Positions 53,762 to 63,099 of a DNA stretch of 64,000 nucleotides are shown here, piece by piece. The translations under genes and the position numbers were made by a program. Numbering within the stretch: the stretch's first letter is position 1; every line of letters begins with the position of its first letter. The notes beneath the pieces were generated by a model that was not told the origin of the DNA, ran no database searches, and saw nothing but the letters and a program-made list of their open reading frames with translations. The stretch lies in the NCBI RefSeq assembly GCF_024223415.1, contig NZ_CP100500.1; one strand, given 5' to 3'. Origin of the DNA: Escherichia coli (GTDB lineage: Bacteria; Pseudomonadota; Gammaproteobacteria; Enterobacterales; Enterobacteriaceae).

Positions 53762-56076
53762 TTTTTTGTTCTCTTTTTATCGGGCATCGCCAGCGGCGAA
53801 AGCAGGAAGGCGGTGAAAATACCGCTCACCAGCACAATGCCAAAACTGCTGATGGCCTGGGTGGCGCTGAATACCAGCATTCCCAGCGTCAGCAAGGTGG
53901 TGAGCATTGCCAGCGTGATCGCCAGTAGCGAAGTTAATGGTGTGCCGCGCGGATTACTGAAAAACAGCGTGTAGTTGATGCCGATGCCAAGCACCAGCAC
54001 CAGCGCCAGCAGCGAAAAGAGATTCACCGCCTGCCCGCTCATCGCCAGCACCGCCAGACCACAACCCAGCGAAAGCACCGAAGGTACAAGGCTGATAAGC
54101 CCTTTGCGCCAGCCGAGACGGGCCACTGCGCCGCAGGCAATCACCGCCAGCGCCACCAGCAACAAGCCGGTTAAGACATAACGGTAAAGCGCGAACAACT
54201 CATCAAAGGTGCTTTTGCGATCAACCCAGGCAATGCCGCAAGGGTAATATGTGGCGATTTCCTGCATCAACGCGCTACTTTTAACCCCTTCAACCGGCAC
54301 CAGTACGCCGCTTTCGCCGTTTTCCAGCGTCAGCCACAGCAGACGCCAGCCTTCACTGGCAGGGCTTGCCAGCCATTCATCAACGTTCACTGGCATGGCG
54401 TTGAGATCCGGGTTCACTGCCGTCAGCCCGGCATTTTGCAGCGCTTTTGTTACTGTCGGGGCCGCCGTTTTCAGCAGTTGTAAATCTTCCTCCTGCCGCG
54501 CAAGGGAGTTCAACGGAATGGTGCGGTAGTTGCTGATAAGCCCCTCTTTTTTCGCATACTCAAGTGAGGCGGTATATTTCTCCAGTCGCCGCAATGTTTG
54601 CTGTGGCGAATCGCCGTAAACCACAAACCATTTTTGATCGACGCTTTGTCCGGTCAGGGCGGTAATGGCTTTCTCCTGCGCCAGAATATGCTGCGGCAGC
54701 GCCTGTAACTGCGAGATATCGTCATCGACGCGCAGCATTGACATCCCCGCCAGCGAAAACAGCGCCAGCGCGACGGGCAGACCCAGCGACAGTTTTTTAT
54801 TGCGCCGCCACGCTGCCAGCCAGCGCAGCATCAGCGCCATCGCCGGAACCGGACGCACCGGCAGGCCACGGCACAGCCACGGATGCCAGAACAGGACGGT
54901 CAGACAGGAGGCGCTCAACCCGACGGCGGCAAAAATCGCCATCTGGCGAATGCCGGGGAAGGGGGCGAGCATCATAATCAGATATGCCGCCACGGTGGTG
55001 AGCAGCGCCAGCAGCAGGGCATTGCGTACTTTCGCCAGGCTTTGCCACGGCGAAACGTCGTTGCCGTGCACCATCCGCTCGGTGAGATAATAGAGCGTGT
55101 AGTCAGCGGAAATGCCGATAACGCTCATGCTCATCACCAGCGTCATCAGGTGTAATTCACCGAAAATCAATAAAGTGGCGACCGTTCCCGCCAGCGCGCC
55201 GATGCCGATGGAAATCACGCAAAGCAACAATGGGCGCAAAGAGCGGAACACCGCCACAATCAGTAATATCACCCCCAGCAGCGTTGCCACGCCCAGGGTT
55301 GAGATATCCTGCTTCGCCTGTTGACTGGCGTAATCGCTGTAAAATACCGTGCCGCGCGAGAGCAACTGCGCCTGTGGGTAACGCGTTTTCAGATCCTTTT
55401 CCAGCGTATTCAGGGTCGTGATGAGCTGGTGGGTTTGCTGCATATCAAACGACGATCCCGCCAGTTCGCCGTGCAGCAGATACCAGTAGTTGCCCTGGGG
55501 ATCCTGCGTCACCAGCCAGCCGTCCATCAGCCGCAAACGCTGGCCATTTTTTGCCATCGCCAGCTGCGAGCCGCGCATTAACATCAGCGGATCGTTTTGC
55601 AGCTCCTTGCCGCTTACCCCGGAGAATGCAGAATAAAGCTGGGAGAGGATCCACTGCGCCTGCGCTTCGCCGCCGTTTTGCAGGCGGGCGCGGGTGTCGG
55701 GGTCAATCAGGCCGTTGCGGTGCTGCCAGAAAAACGCTCCCCACGCTTGCTGGCTGGCGGCATCCATTGGCCCTTTAACGTCGCCGAGCGCAGCGGATTT
55801 TTGCAGCAGCGTCAGCCACTCCTGAGCCACCCTGGGATTAGCCTCTTTACCGGGGCTGACCAGCCACACCAGTTGGCGGTCCAGACGCTGCATAAAGCCG
55901 TCATTCAGCGCTGGGGGAATATCGCCCATCGCCTGTTTGGGTAACATAGCCAGCACGCTACTGTTCAGCCGTGATTGCGGCAGCAGGATCAGCAACGCCG
56001 CCGCCATGACCAGGCAGACTAGCCCCCATAACAGCGCGGGGCGTTTACTGGGCGGCAAAACGTTGGCGTTCGTCAT
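53758..56076 (-). CDS. apeM: MMPL/RND-type membrane exporter
   Basis: 772-aa polytopic protein with two large periplasmic loops and 12 predicted TMs. Confidence 0.7.
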   Translation of the reverse strand: MTNANVLPPSKRPALLWGLVCLVMAAALLILLPQSRLNSSVLAMLPKQAMGDIPPALNDGFMQRLDRQLVWLVSPGKEANPRVAQEWLTLLQKSAALGDVKGPMDAASQQAWGAFFWQHRNGLIDPDTRARLQNGGEAQAQWILSQLYSAFSGVSGKELQNDPLMLMRGSQLAMAKNGQRLRLMDGWLVTQDPQGNYWYLLHGELAGSSFDMQQTHQLITTLNTLEKDLKTRYPQAQLLSRGTVFYSDYASQQAKQDISTLGVATLLGVILLIVAVFRSLRPLLLCVISIGIGALAGTVATLLIFGELHLMTLVMSMSVIGISADYTLYYLTERMVHGNDVSPWQSLAKVRNALLLALLTTVAAYLIMMLAPFPGIRQMAIFAAVGLSASCLTVLFWHPWLCRGLPVRPVPAMALMLRWLAAWRRNKKLSLGLPVALALFSLAGMSMLRVDDDISQLQALPQHILAQEKAITALTGQSVDQKWFVVYGDSPQQTLRRLEKYTASLEYAKKEGLISNYRTIPLNSLARQEEDLQLLKTAAPTVTKALQNAGLTAVNPDLNAMPVNVDEWLASPASEGWRLLWLTLENGESGVLVPVEGVKSSALMQEIATYYPCGIAWVDRKSTFDELFALYRYVLTGLLLVALAVIACGAVARLGWRKGLISLVPSVLSLGCGLAVLAMSGQAVNLFSLLALVLVLGIGINYTLFFSNPRGTPLTSLLAITLAMLTTLLTLGMLVFSATQAISSFGIVLVSGIFTAFLLSPLAMPDKKRTKK

Positions 56077-56650
56077 CGGTCAGTTGCGCTGGCGTCAGTT
56101 GATGTTGGGTAAGAGCAATATCGGTGCGATCGCCCTGTTTATCATTAAGTTGAATGCTCTCCAGATAGGTTTGCCCGGCGAGATCGATGGTGTTGAAAAT
56201 TTTATCCAGCGGCGTGGTGGTTGGGGTCAGGCGCAGCGTCCAGCGGCCTTCGCCTTTGTCGGCAAATTCGACGCGGAAGTTTTGTTCCAGCACTTTGCGA
56301 TCGGCCTGGAACAGCGCGCGCAGCAGGTGGTTAAACTGAAACATCTGCGGGTTGTTTTCTGCCGTGATGATTTGCGGCGGCTGACCGTTGATCACCTGCA
56401 CCATGCGTTTATCGTCCAGTAATAGTTGCATGGGGAACGGTGAGGTTTGATCCCACAACAGCCCCTGGTCGCGGGCGATCAACATCTGGCCCTGAGATCG
56501 CAGCGGCTGCGGCAGATCTTTAATCGTCCGGGTTTGATCGAAATGGGCGCGGATCACCGGTTGTTCGGTAAAGCGTTGCTGAAGATCGTCCAGGGTCAGG
56601 GCGCTCACAAACGGGCTAATCAGCAGCGCCAGTAGCGGTAAAAATTTCAT
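56045..56650 (-). CDS. apeL: LolA-like outer-membrane lipoprotein carrier family protein
   Basis: 201-aa secreted protein (signal peptide MKFLPLLALLISPFVSA), LolA-like. Confidence 0.6.
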   Translation of the reverse strand: MKFLPLLALLISPFVSALTLDDLQQRFTEQPVIRAHFDQTRTIKDLPQPLRSQGQMLIARDQGLLWDQTSPFPMQLLLDDKRMVQVINGQPPQIITAENNPQMFQFNHLLRALFQADRKVLEQNFRVEFADKGEGRWTLRLTPTTTPLDKIFNTIDLAGQTYLESIQLNDKQGDRTDIALTQHQLTPAQLTDDERQRFAAQ

Positions 56651-57069
56651 GGTTTGACTCCCATGCGTTCAAACAGAATATCGGGGCTGACAAAGCACAG
56701 TTCGCGACTTTGCTCGTCGACCGCGACCTGAATGGTGTATCCGGTGGTGGCGCGTTTGCCCGTTTCGGCATCGAAAATCTGATAGCCAATCCGCAGGCGA
56801 TTTTCGAACTCCTCGATATGCGCACGCACGCGGATGCGTTGCTCAAAGGTGAGGGCGTGGCGATATTTCACCCGCGCATCGACCACTGGCCACAAATAAC
56901 CGGACTCTTTCATCTGCCGATAGCCGTAATTGAACTGGTTGAGCAGCGCCTCGCGGGCCACTTCAAAGTAGCGAAAATAGTTACCGTGCCAGGCCACGCC
57001 CATCATATCGACGTCGTGAAAGGGAATGGTCAGCTCGACTTCAGCGGTAAATCGGGGATCGTTCAGCAC
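56647..57069 (-). CDS. apeK: hot-dog fold acyl-ACP/CoA thioesterase (4HBT family)
   Basis: 140-aa 4HBT-like thioesterase. Confidence 0.65.
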   Translation of the reverse strand: MLNDPRFTAEVELTIPFHDVDMMGVAWHGNYFRYFEVAREALLNQFNYGYRQMKESGYLWPVVDARVKYRHALTFEQRIRVRAHIEEFENRLRIGYQIFDAETGKRATTGYTIQVAVDEQSRELCFVSPDILFERMGVKP

Positions 57070-57072
57070 CCT

Positions 57073-58749
57073 TTACTCCTTGTCCTGAATTTCCGGCAGT
57101 TGCCAGAAATCGAAAAAATTAAACCAGTCGAGGGGCGACTGGAGCGCGTAATGTTCCAGACGCGCGGCGTAGTGGTCGATAGCGTTTTGCAGCGCCTGTT
57201 GGCGTTCGCCACGCGGCAACAGCAGCGGATCGGCAAAGGTTTCGCAGTGAATATGCAGCTTGCCGTGCTGGCGTAGGGCGAAAATCAGATTCACTGGGCA
57301 GCGCAAAATAGAGGCGAGAATAAACGGCCCCTGTGGGAAGGGCGCAGGCTGGCCCATAAACGGACTCCAGCAGACGCGCCAGTCGCCGCCGCGTTGCGGG
57401 GTGACGGCGATGCGGTCACCGACAATCGCCACCCATTCGCCGTTATCCAGCTTCTCTTTCAGCAGGATGGCGGTTTCTGGGCCGATATCTGTTACCGGCA
57501 TCAGGTTAATGCCTGCCTGAGGAGCCATCTCCTGCATTATCTGTTTAAAGCGTTGGGCGTTTTCGCTAAACACCAGCGCGTTAATGGTTTTGTAGCCCTG
57601 AATTTTTGCCAGCGCCCGGCACACTTCCACATCGCCAAGATGCGAGGCCAGCAGCAATTTGCCGCGCGGATCGCGGACGCCAAGCGCCGCTTCTGCGCCT
57701 GGCGCAAACAGCACATCACGCCCCAGTTGTAGCTCGCCGCGCCAGCTGGCGATTTTGTCGAGCATGGCATTACCGAAACGTAGAAAGTGCTGATAGCTGT
57801 TGAGTTTTGCCGCATGTGGTTGATACTGTCGTACACGGGCGAGCCAGTCTTGCGATGCTTTGCGCGCACGAGAAGCAGTGAGCCAGTAGACGCCCACCAC
57901 CGGGTAAAGCAGCGCGCTAAACGCCGTTCTTCCCAGCAGACGCCAGACAAGCAGCATCAGGCGCATTCCCCATAATCCTTTCACTTCACTCTGCCGCGCC
58001 CAGTGGCTGGAAGAGCGGCGCATCAGCAGTGAAGGAATACGCGGTAACATGCCGAAAAACAGACGCGTGTGCATGAGCGAGATGCGGACGTTATCTTTCA
58101 GGGCATCAAAATGCGAAAGCCCGTCCAGTGGATAGGTGACGCGGGTCGGCACGAAATAGCTGGTGTTTCCCTGCCAGTAGAGGCGCACCATCACTTCAGT
58201 GTCGAAATCCATCCGCTTGCCGATGGTGGCGTGTTTTGCCAGTTGCAGCGTTGGCGCAACCGGATAAACGCGAAAGCCGCACATGCTGTCTTTCAGTTGC
58301 AGGGAGAGCGTTTCGATCCATACCCAGACGTGGGTGACCCAGCGCCCGTACAGCCGTGAGCGGGGGATGGAGTCATCGTAAATTGGCTGGCCGGAGATCA
58401 GCGCCGCAGGGTGTTGTTCAGCGACTGCCAGCAGTTTGGGGATATCTTCAATCGCATGTTGACCGTCAGCATCCACCTGCACTGCATGGCTGAACCCTGC
58501 GTCTGCCGCTGCCTGTAAGCCACGCATCACTGCCGCGCCTTTACCTGCGTTTTCTGCTAAGCGGATTAAGGTCACGCCAGGCTGTTCGCTAACCAGATTA
58601 TCCAGTTGCTGTTGCGTGGCGGCATCGCTGCCGTCGTCCACCACAATACAGGGGAGATTAAATGGCTTAAGACGCGCCAGCACGCCCGGCATCATCGCGC
58701 CGTGGTTATAGCAGGGGATCAACACGCAGGGAGAAAAGTTTACCGACAT
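57073..58749 (-). CDS. apeJ: bifunctional glycosyltransferase family 2 / lipid A-type acyltransferase
   Basis: 558-aa ORF; N-terminal GT2 (LIPCYNHG ... DDGSD) fused to C-terminal LpxL/HtrB-like acyltransferase domain. Confidence 0.65.
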   Translation of the reverse strand: MSVNFSPCVLIPCYNHGAMMPGVLARLKPFNLPCIVVDDGSDAATQQQLDNLVSEQPGVTLIRLAENAGKGAAVMRGLQAAADAGFSHAVQVDADGQHAIEDIPKLLAVAEQHPAALISGQPIYDDSIPRSRLYGRWVTHVWVWIETLSLQLKDSMCGFRVYPVAPTLQLAKHATIGKRMDFDTEVMVRLYWQGNTSYFVPTRVTYPLDGLSHFDALKDNVRISLMHTRLFFGMLPRIPSLLMRRSSSHWARQSEVKGLWGMRLMLLVWRLLGRTAFSALLYPVVGVYWLTASRARKASQDWLARVRQYQPHAAKLNSYQHFLRFGNAMLDKIASWRGELQLGRDVLFAPGAEAALGVRDPRGKLLLASHLGDVEVCRALAKIQGYKTINALVFSENAQRFKQIMQEMAPQAGINLMPVTDIGPETAILLKEKLDNGEWVAIVGDRIAVTPQRGGDWRVCWSPFMGQPAPFPQGPFILASILRCPVNLIFALRQHGKLHIHCETFADPLLLPRGERQQALQNAIDHYAARLEHYALQSPLDWFNFFDFWQLPEIQDKE

Positions 58750-59123
58750 AGGCGGATCTTCCCGCTACTGGCGGTGTGGCGGGCGTCACCGTCGTGACGC
58801 TGATAGCTAAAGCTCAGAATCTGGCGTTCTTCCTGCCAGTTAAGCGCGAGCGTGACGCGGTTTTCCGGCAGCAACGGAGACTGGAATTTTATGTTCTGAA
58901 TGGAGTGAAAACGCCAGCCAGGCGCGAGCAGATTGAGCGCGTAGCTCATCGCCCAGTCGATTTGCGCAACTCCTGGGAGTAATGGTTGCACGGCAAAATG
59001 ACCGCGAAACCAGAACAGATCCGCCCTGAGATGCAGAACAATTTCAAGGTGATTCGTTTGTGCCTGATGGCGCTCGATTTCATGGGGCTTCATGAAATAA
59101 CTCCTGTAATTGCGCATAGACAC
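58740..59123 (-). CDS. apeI: hot-dog fold dehydratase subunit
   Basis: 127-aa hot-dog protein; start codon uncertain because the ORF overlaps the upstream gene. Confidence 0.55.
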   Translation of the reverse strand: MSMRNYRSYFMKPHEIERHQAQTNHLEIVLHLRADLFWFRGHFAVQPLLPGVAQIDWAMSYALNLLAPGWRFHSIQNIKFQSPLLPENRVTLALNWQEERQILSFSYQRHDGDARHTASSGKIRLCR

Positions 59124-60441
59124 GCTTGTTCATACTGTTTACTGGCATTTCATCAATAACGCGCCAGTAACGCGGAATAGCAACTGGCTCCAGCGTCGGG
59201 CGCAGTAAACGCCGCCAGGTCATTTCCTGGCTATGCCCGCCGCCGTTCTGCCATTGCAGATGAGCTTCGTCATCCAGCACCAGCAAAACGCCTATGCTCT
59301 GACGCCCGCCGCGCGTAACGGGAACTGCCGCCGCCTCGCGAATACCGTCCAGCGCCAGCAGACGTTGTTCTACTTCCTGGAGTGAAATACGTTTTTCTTC
59401 AATCTTAACGATGCGCCCACGACGCCCCATCAGATGGAACTGACCGTCCTGGCTAAACTGCAAGAGATCGTCGAGTAACAGGCCGTTATCTTCCGCCATC
59501 AGCGGTGAAAAGAGACGAAAAGAATCACCTTCGGCCTGGAACTGCATACCAGGGAAGGGTAGCCAGCGGCGTTGCTCTTGTTCGCGGTAACGCCAGGCGA
59601 TGACACCGGTTTCCGTGCTGCCGTAGATTTCATCAGGCCAGACGCGCAGCCAGCTTGCGGTGTGTTGTACATCCTGCCACGGCAGCTCACCGCCAGCAGA
59701 GAGAAGCACCTGAACGGGTGGCGGAGAAAGCTGGGTATCCAGGCGCTTCAAAAATGCCGGGCTGCTGATGAAGATATAGCGATGCTGATGACTCAACGCG
59801 GCAAACTGTTCGACATACCAGAGCATGGCGGCGTGCAGCGGTAATCCCAACGCCATGGGCAGGAAAACGCGAAAAGTCAGGCCGTACAAATGCTGCGGCA
59901 ATACGGAACCGACGACACGACAACCCGCCAGACGTGCGCCTAATCGTTCAGCCAGCAGTTCTGCTTCACGATCCAGCAAATGAACAGGTTTAATCACCCG
60001 TTTCGGCTGTCCCGTGGAACCGGAGGTAAACAGCTCGATAAAAGCCTCTGGCGCTATAGCGGCAAAGGTGAAGGATTGTGTCGCGATTTGTGGGGAACTT
60101 GCTACCAACAGCAATGAACCTTGCCAGTTAAGTTCGCTGTCGCTAAGCACACCATCAAAAAGTTCACGTTGCTCGTTAAGCTGGATAACACGGTTATGCC
60201 CCGGAAGCACCGGCGTTTTTCCGGCGTGTAGCGTGGCGAGCAGGGCAACGATAAACAGATAGCTGTTCTCAAAGCACAGCGCCCAGCGTTCACCCGGCTG
60301 TTGCTGCAAGCGGCAGATAAGTTGCGCGACATCGTGACGCAAATCGCCCAGCGTCCAGAAGCTTTCGTCCAGCCACGCAATGGGTGTGTCATCAGAGCGT
60401 GGCGCAGTCAGCCAGCGTGCAAGCGGTAAGGTCTGCTTCAT
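59080..60441 (-). CDS. apeH: AMP-dependent acyl-ACP synthetase/ligase (adenylating enzyme)
   Basis: ORF 59080-60480; start assigned to MKQTLPLARWL (ATGA overlap with the upstream stop); AMP-binding motif TSGSTGQPK. Confidence 0.7.
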   Translation of the reverse strand: MKQTLPLARWLTAPRSDDTPIAWLDESFWTLGDLRHDVAQLICRLQQQPGERWALCFENSYLFIVALLATLHAGKTPVLPGHNRVIQLNEQRELFDGVLSDSELNWQGSLLLVASSPQIATQSFTFAAIAPEAFIELFTSGSTGQPKRVIKPVHLLDREAELLAERLGARLAGCRVVGSVLPQHLYGLTFRVFLPMALGLPLHAAMLWYVEQFAALSHQHRYIFISSPAFLKRLDTQLSPPPVQVLLSAGGELPWQDVQHTASWLRVWPDEIYGSTETGVIAWRYREQEQRRWLPFPGMQFQAEGDSFRLFSPLMAEDNGLLLDDLLQFSQDGQFHLMGRRGRIVKIEEKRISLQEVEQRLLALDGIREAAAVPVTRGGRQSIGVLLVLDDEAHLQWQNGGGHSQEMTWRRLLRPTLEPVAIPRYWRVIDEMPVNSMNKRVYAQLQELFHEAP

Positions 60442-61019
60442 GCGCGATCTCTTTTCATCACCTGACGGCGCACCAGCCATTCACCAGCCATTAATGTTCC
60501 CATCAACAAATAAGCAATCATGCCGTTCCAGGCGGTCCATAACGACATATCGGCATAAAGCGCGGTAAAGAGGGCAATTCCACCGTTGATGATGAAAAAG
60601 CCGCACCAGATTTGCGTGACGCGGCGGGTATAGCGCATGCCCTTTTCCGGCAGATCTGGCTCCTGCAAACGCGCCAGCCGCTCAACTATCGGCATTGCCG
60701 ACCACAGCGAACCGCCAAAAACCGCCAGCATGACCGCGTTAACCACTACCGGGTAAAACAGCAGTAGCTGGTGTGTTTTCAACAGAACGCTGGCGACACA
60801 TAATGCGATGCCCACGACAGCGACGATTTGTGTGACGACCTGGAGCGGCCCCGCCTGGCGACGGGTCTGGCGCAGGCGCAACAAAAGCAGCAACGCTATT
60901 AGCGGCAACAGCCAGTGCAGGCCGTTATGCGCTAAGCCAAACCAAATCACAAACGGCCAGGCGAGCAGCAATAATCCAGTCAGCAGCTTAATCATCGGTA
61001 GCGAGCGAATGCCCGACAT
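60438..61019 (-). CDS. apeG: small integral membrane protein of the cluster
   Basis: 193-aa ORF with 4-5 hydrophobic helices. Confidence 0.55.
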   Translation of the reverse strand: MSGIRSLPMIKLLTGLLLLAWPFVIWFGLAHNGLHWLLPLIALLLLLRLRQTRRQAGPLQVVTQIVAVVGIALCVASVLLKTHQLLLFYPVVVNAVMLAVFGGSLWSAMPIVERLARLQEPDLPEKGMRYTRRVTQIWCGFFIINGGIALFTALYADMSLWTAWNGMIAYLLMGTLMAGEWLVRRQVMKRDRA

Positions 61020-61023
61020 CAGA

Positions 61024-61275
61024 TCAGGCTTCTTGTAGCAGGCGTTCTACAGCCTCGACGACATCCTGGACTGTACGCACTGCTTTAAACTCTTCCGGCT
61101 TGATTTTCTTACCGGTTTTCTTTTGCAGGTGCACAATCATGTCAACGGCGTCGATGCTGTCCAGTTCCAGATCTTCGTACAGGCGCGCTTCAGGTTTGAT
61201 GTCCTGCGGATCGATTTCAAACAGCTTAACCAGCAGGGCTGAGACTTCCTGATAGACGGTTTGTTGTTCTGTCAT
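61024..61275 (-). CDS. apeF: acyl carrier protein
   Basis: 83-aa ACP with phosphopantetheine-attachment Ser in LELDSIDAVD. Confidence 0.75.
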   Translation of the reverse strand: MTEQQTVYQEVSALLVKLFEIDPQDIKPEARLYEDLELDSIDAVDMIVHLQKKTGKKIKPEEFKAVRTVQDVVEAVERLLQEA

Positions 61276-61286
61276 GATGGCTTTCC

Positions 61287-61544
61287 TCAGGCACGTTGCG
61301 CAGCAATGAAAGAGGCCAGAGTGGCGACGGAGAAAAAGTGCTGACGCATCTCTTCGCTTTCCGCAGAGAGCACGATGCCGTACTCATTTTTTACTGCCAG
61401 TCCCAGTTCCAGGGCATCGATAGAGTCCAGCCCTAAACCGTCGCCAAACAGCGGCGCGTCGGTATCGATATCATCAGGCGTCAACTCGTCCAGATTGAGG
61501 GTGCTGATGATGAGGTTTTTAATTTCCAGATAAAGCGCTTGCAT
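61287..61544 (-). CDS. apeE: acyl carrier protein
   Basis: 85-aa ACP with Ser in LGLDSIDALEL. Confidence 0.75.
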   Translation of the reverse strand: MQALYLEIKNLIISTLNLDELTPDDIDTDAPLFGDGLGLDSIDALELGLAVKNEYGIVLSAESEEMRQHFFSVATLASFIAAQRA

Positions 61545-62340
61545 TATTTATTCCTGAGAGAGGTAAACAACCTTGTTGTAATTGAAGCAAAAGATGCCGG
61601 TTTAACTGCCTTGCTGCCAGCGCCGGTTCTTGTGAAGTTGCATCGTAAAATTTATTGATTTCAACCCGACCATGGACTGCAACCGTAAAAAACGGCCGGT
61701 CAGGTGGAACGTCATACCATTTACTTTGTTTATCCAGCAGATGCTCGCTACAGCCGATCGTCACGATGCGTAAATCGCTGGCACAGCGCACGGCAATATT
61801 CGCCGCCCCGCGCTGCAGCGTCATTTTTTCACCGGGCTTCGTTCGCGTGCCTTCGGGGAAAATCAGGATAGTGTCACCCTGTGCCAGTCGCTGTTGGCAG
61901 CGGGGTAACAGGGTTTCAGCTTCGCTGTTGATTAAATAATCTGCCGCCCGCACGACGCCGCCAAGAAAAGGATTTTTTAACAGCGCGCTTTTCACCAGGC
62001 AGTCAGTTTCTGGCATGACTGACGCCAGCAGCACGTAATCGATCAGCGTGGGATGATTGGCTACGACGAGGCAACCGCGTTCCTGACGTAAAATTTCAGC
62101 GCCATCAATACGATAATCCAGCACGCCAAGCCCTTTCGCGACAGTTAAAAACAGGCGAAAACTGGCGGCAATGCTGCGACGCGCCAAACGACGGCGGCGG
62201 GAAGTATCCCACACCAAAACTAACAATATGTTAAACCACACGACAGAAAGCAGCAGGCCGCCGAGACCAAACAGGGCAAAACATAACCCGGTCATGACCA
62301 GTCGCCAGGTCCACTCCAGACGTGACAGCAGCTTACTCAT
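61519..62340 (-). CDS. apeD: lysophospholipid (PlsC-type) acyltransferase
   Basis: ORF 61519-62358; HX4D acyltransferase motif (NHPTLID); start probably MSKLLSRLE at 62340, directly after the upstream stop. Confidence 0.65.
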   Translation of the reverse strand: MSKLLSRLEWTWRLVMTGLCFALFGLGGLLLSVVWFNILLVLVWDTSRRRRLARRSIAASFRLFLTVAKGLGVLDYRIDGAEILRQERGCLVVANHPTLIDYVLLASVMPETDCLVKSALLKNPFLGGVVRAADYLINSEAETLLPRCQQRLAQGDTILIFPEGTRTKPGEKMTLQRGAANIAVRCASDLRIVTIGCSEHLLDKQSKWYDVPPDRPFFTVAVHGRVEINKFYDATSQEPALAARQLNRHLLLQLQQGCLPLSGINNASALSGN

Positions 62341-63083
62341 CCACGGCTCCAGCGCCACTGTACGCGCTCGCCAGGCAGTGAAAATGTGTCCGCATTTTGT
62401 AAATAGTGCTGTAAAAACAACATGCTTTGCGGCAGTGTTGTTTCATTACCCGCAATGGCTGACTGCGTTCCACATTGCCACTCATCGCCAGCTTCAATCA
62501 CCAGCGCGACGGCGTACGGCCAGGTCGGCATTTCTGCGGGCAGTTGTGGATGATAGAACTCAGGCAGAAAGCCATCAAAATCGACCATCAACACGCGCTG
62601 GTAGCCCGCCTGTAACAGACTAAGCACTTCACACAAACCTTGCTGGAAAGTGTCGCGACCAGCCGAAAGCGATGACGAAACGATCGGCTGTTTGGCCGCA
62701 ATGGTCAGGTTACCCACGGAAGAGTTGTGTACGGAGAGCGCGAAGTCCGTCGGAGAAAGCGCCTGTTCGGTTGCCAGTGCATGAACAATGCGGTAATTGC
62801 GCTCCAGTTCGCCATGACGACTGGTATACAAAACGGCGTCTGGCTGATGGCGGCGTAGCATTGCCAGACCGCATTCAACAGCCAGTTTGCTGCCTGAACT
62901 GAGGCGGCGGGCGGTCATCATTGGCAGTTCACTTAATTTTGCCAACGGCGCGGCAGGGTCAATCGCCCACGGCTGGCGCGACCATGCTTGCCATTGCTGC
63001 GCTTCGCTAAGTCCAGGCGCCAGTGCCTGCCAGTCGGTAATATTTAATGTAAATTTCATCAACGCGCGCCCGCGGTAAACCAA
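62337..63083 (-). CDS. apeC: ketosynthase-like protein without canonical active-site motifs (chain-length-factor-like partner)
   Basis: 248-aa ORF with KS-like fold features but no Cys-His-His triad recognisable; start could be the internal ATG at 63059. Confidence 0.55.
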   Translation of the reverse strand: MVYRGRALMKFTLNITDWQALAPGLSEAQQWQAWSRQPWAIDPAAPLAKLSELPMMTARRLSSGSKLAVECGLAMLRRHQPDAVLYTSRHGELERNYRIVHALATEQALSPTDFALSVHNSSVGNLTIAAKQPIVSSSLSAGRDTFQQGLCEVLSLLQAGYQRVLMVDFDGFLPEFYHPQLPAEMPTWPYAVALVIEAGDEWQCGTQSAIAGNETTLPQSMLFLQHYLQNADTFSLPGERVQWRWSRG

Positions 63084-63099
63084 AATTATTAAGTGACGA

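Noticed and set aside
49966..56635. Numerous 60-160 aa ORFs on the plus strand within the aryl-polyene cluster
   Set aside because: Antisense to contiguous, domain-bearing biosynthetic genes; no motifs. High GC content makes long spurious frames expected.
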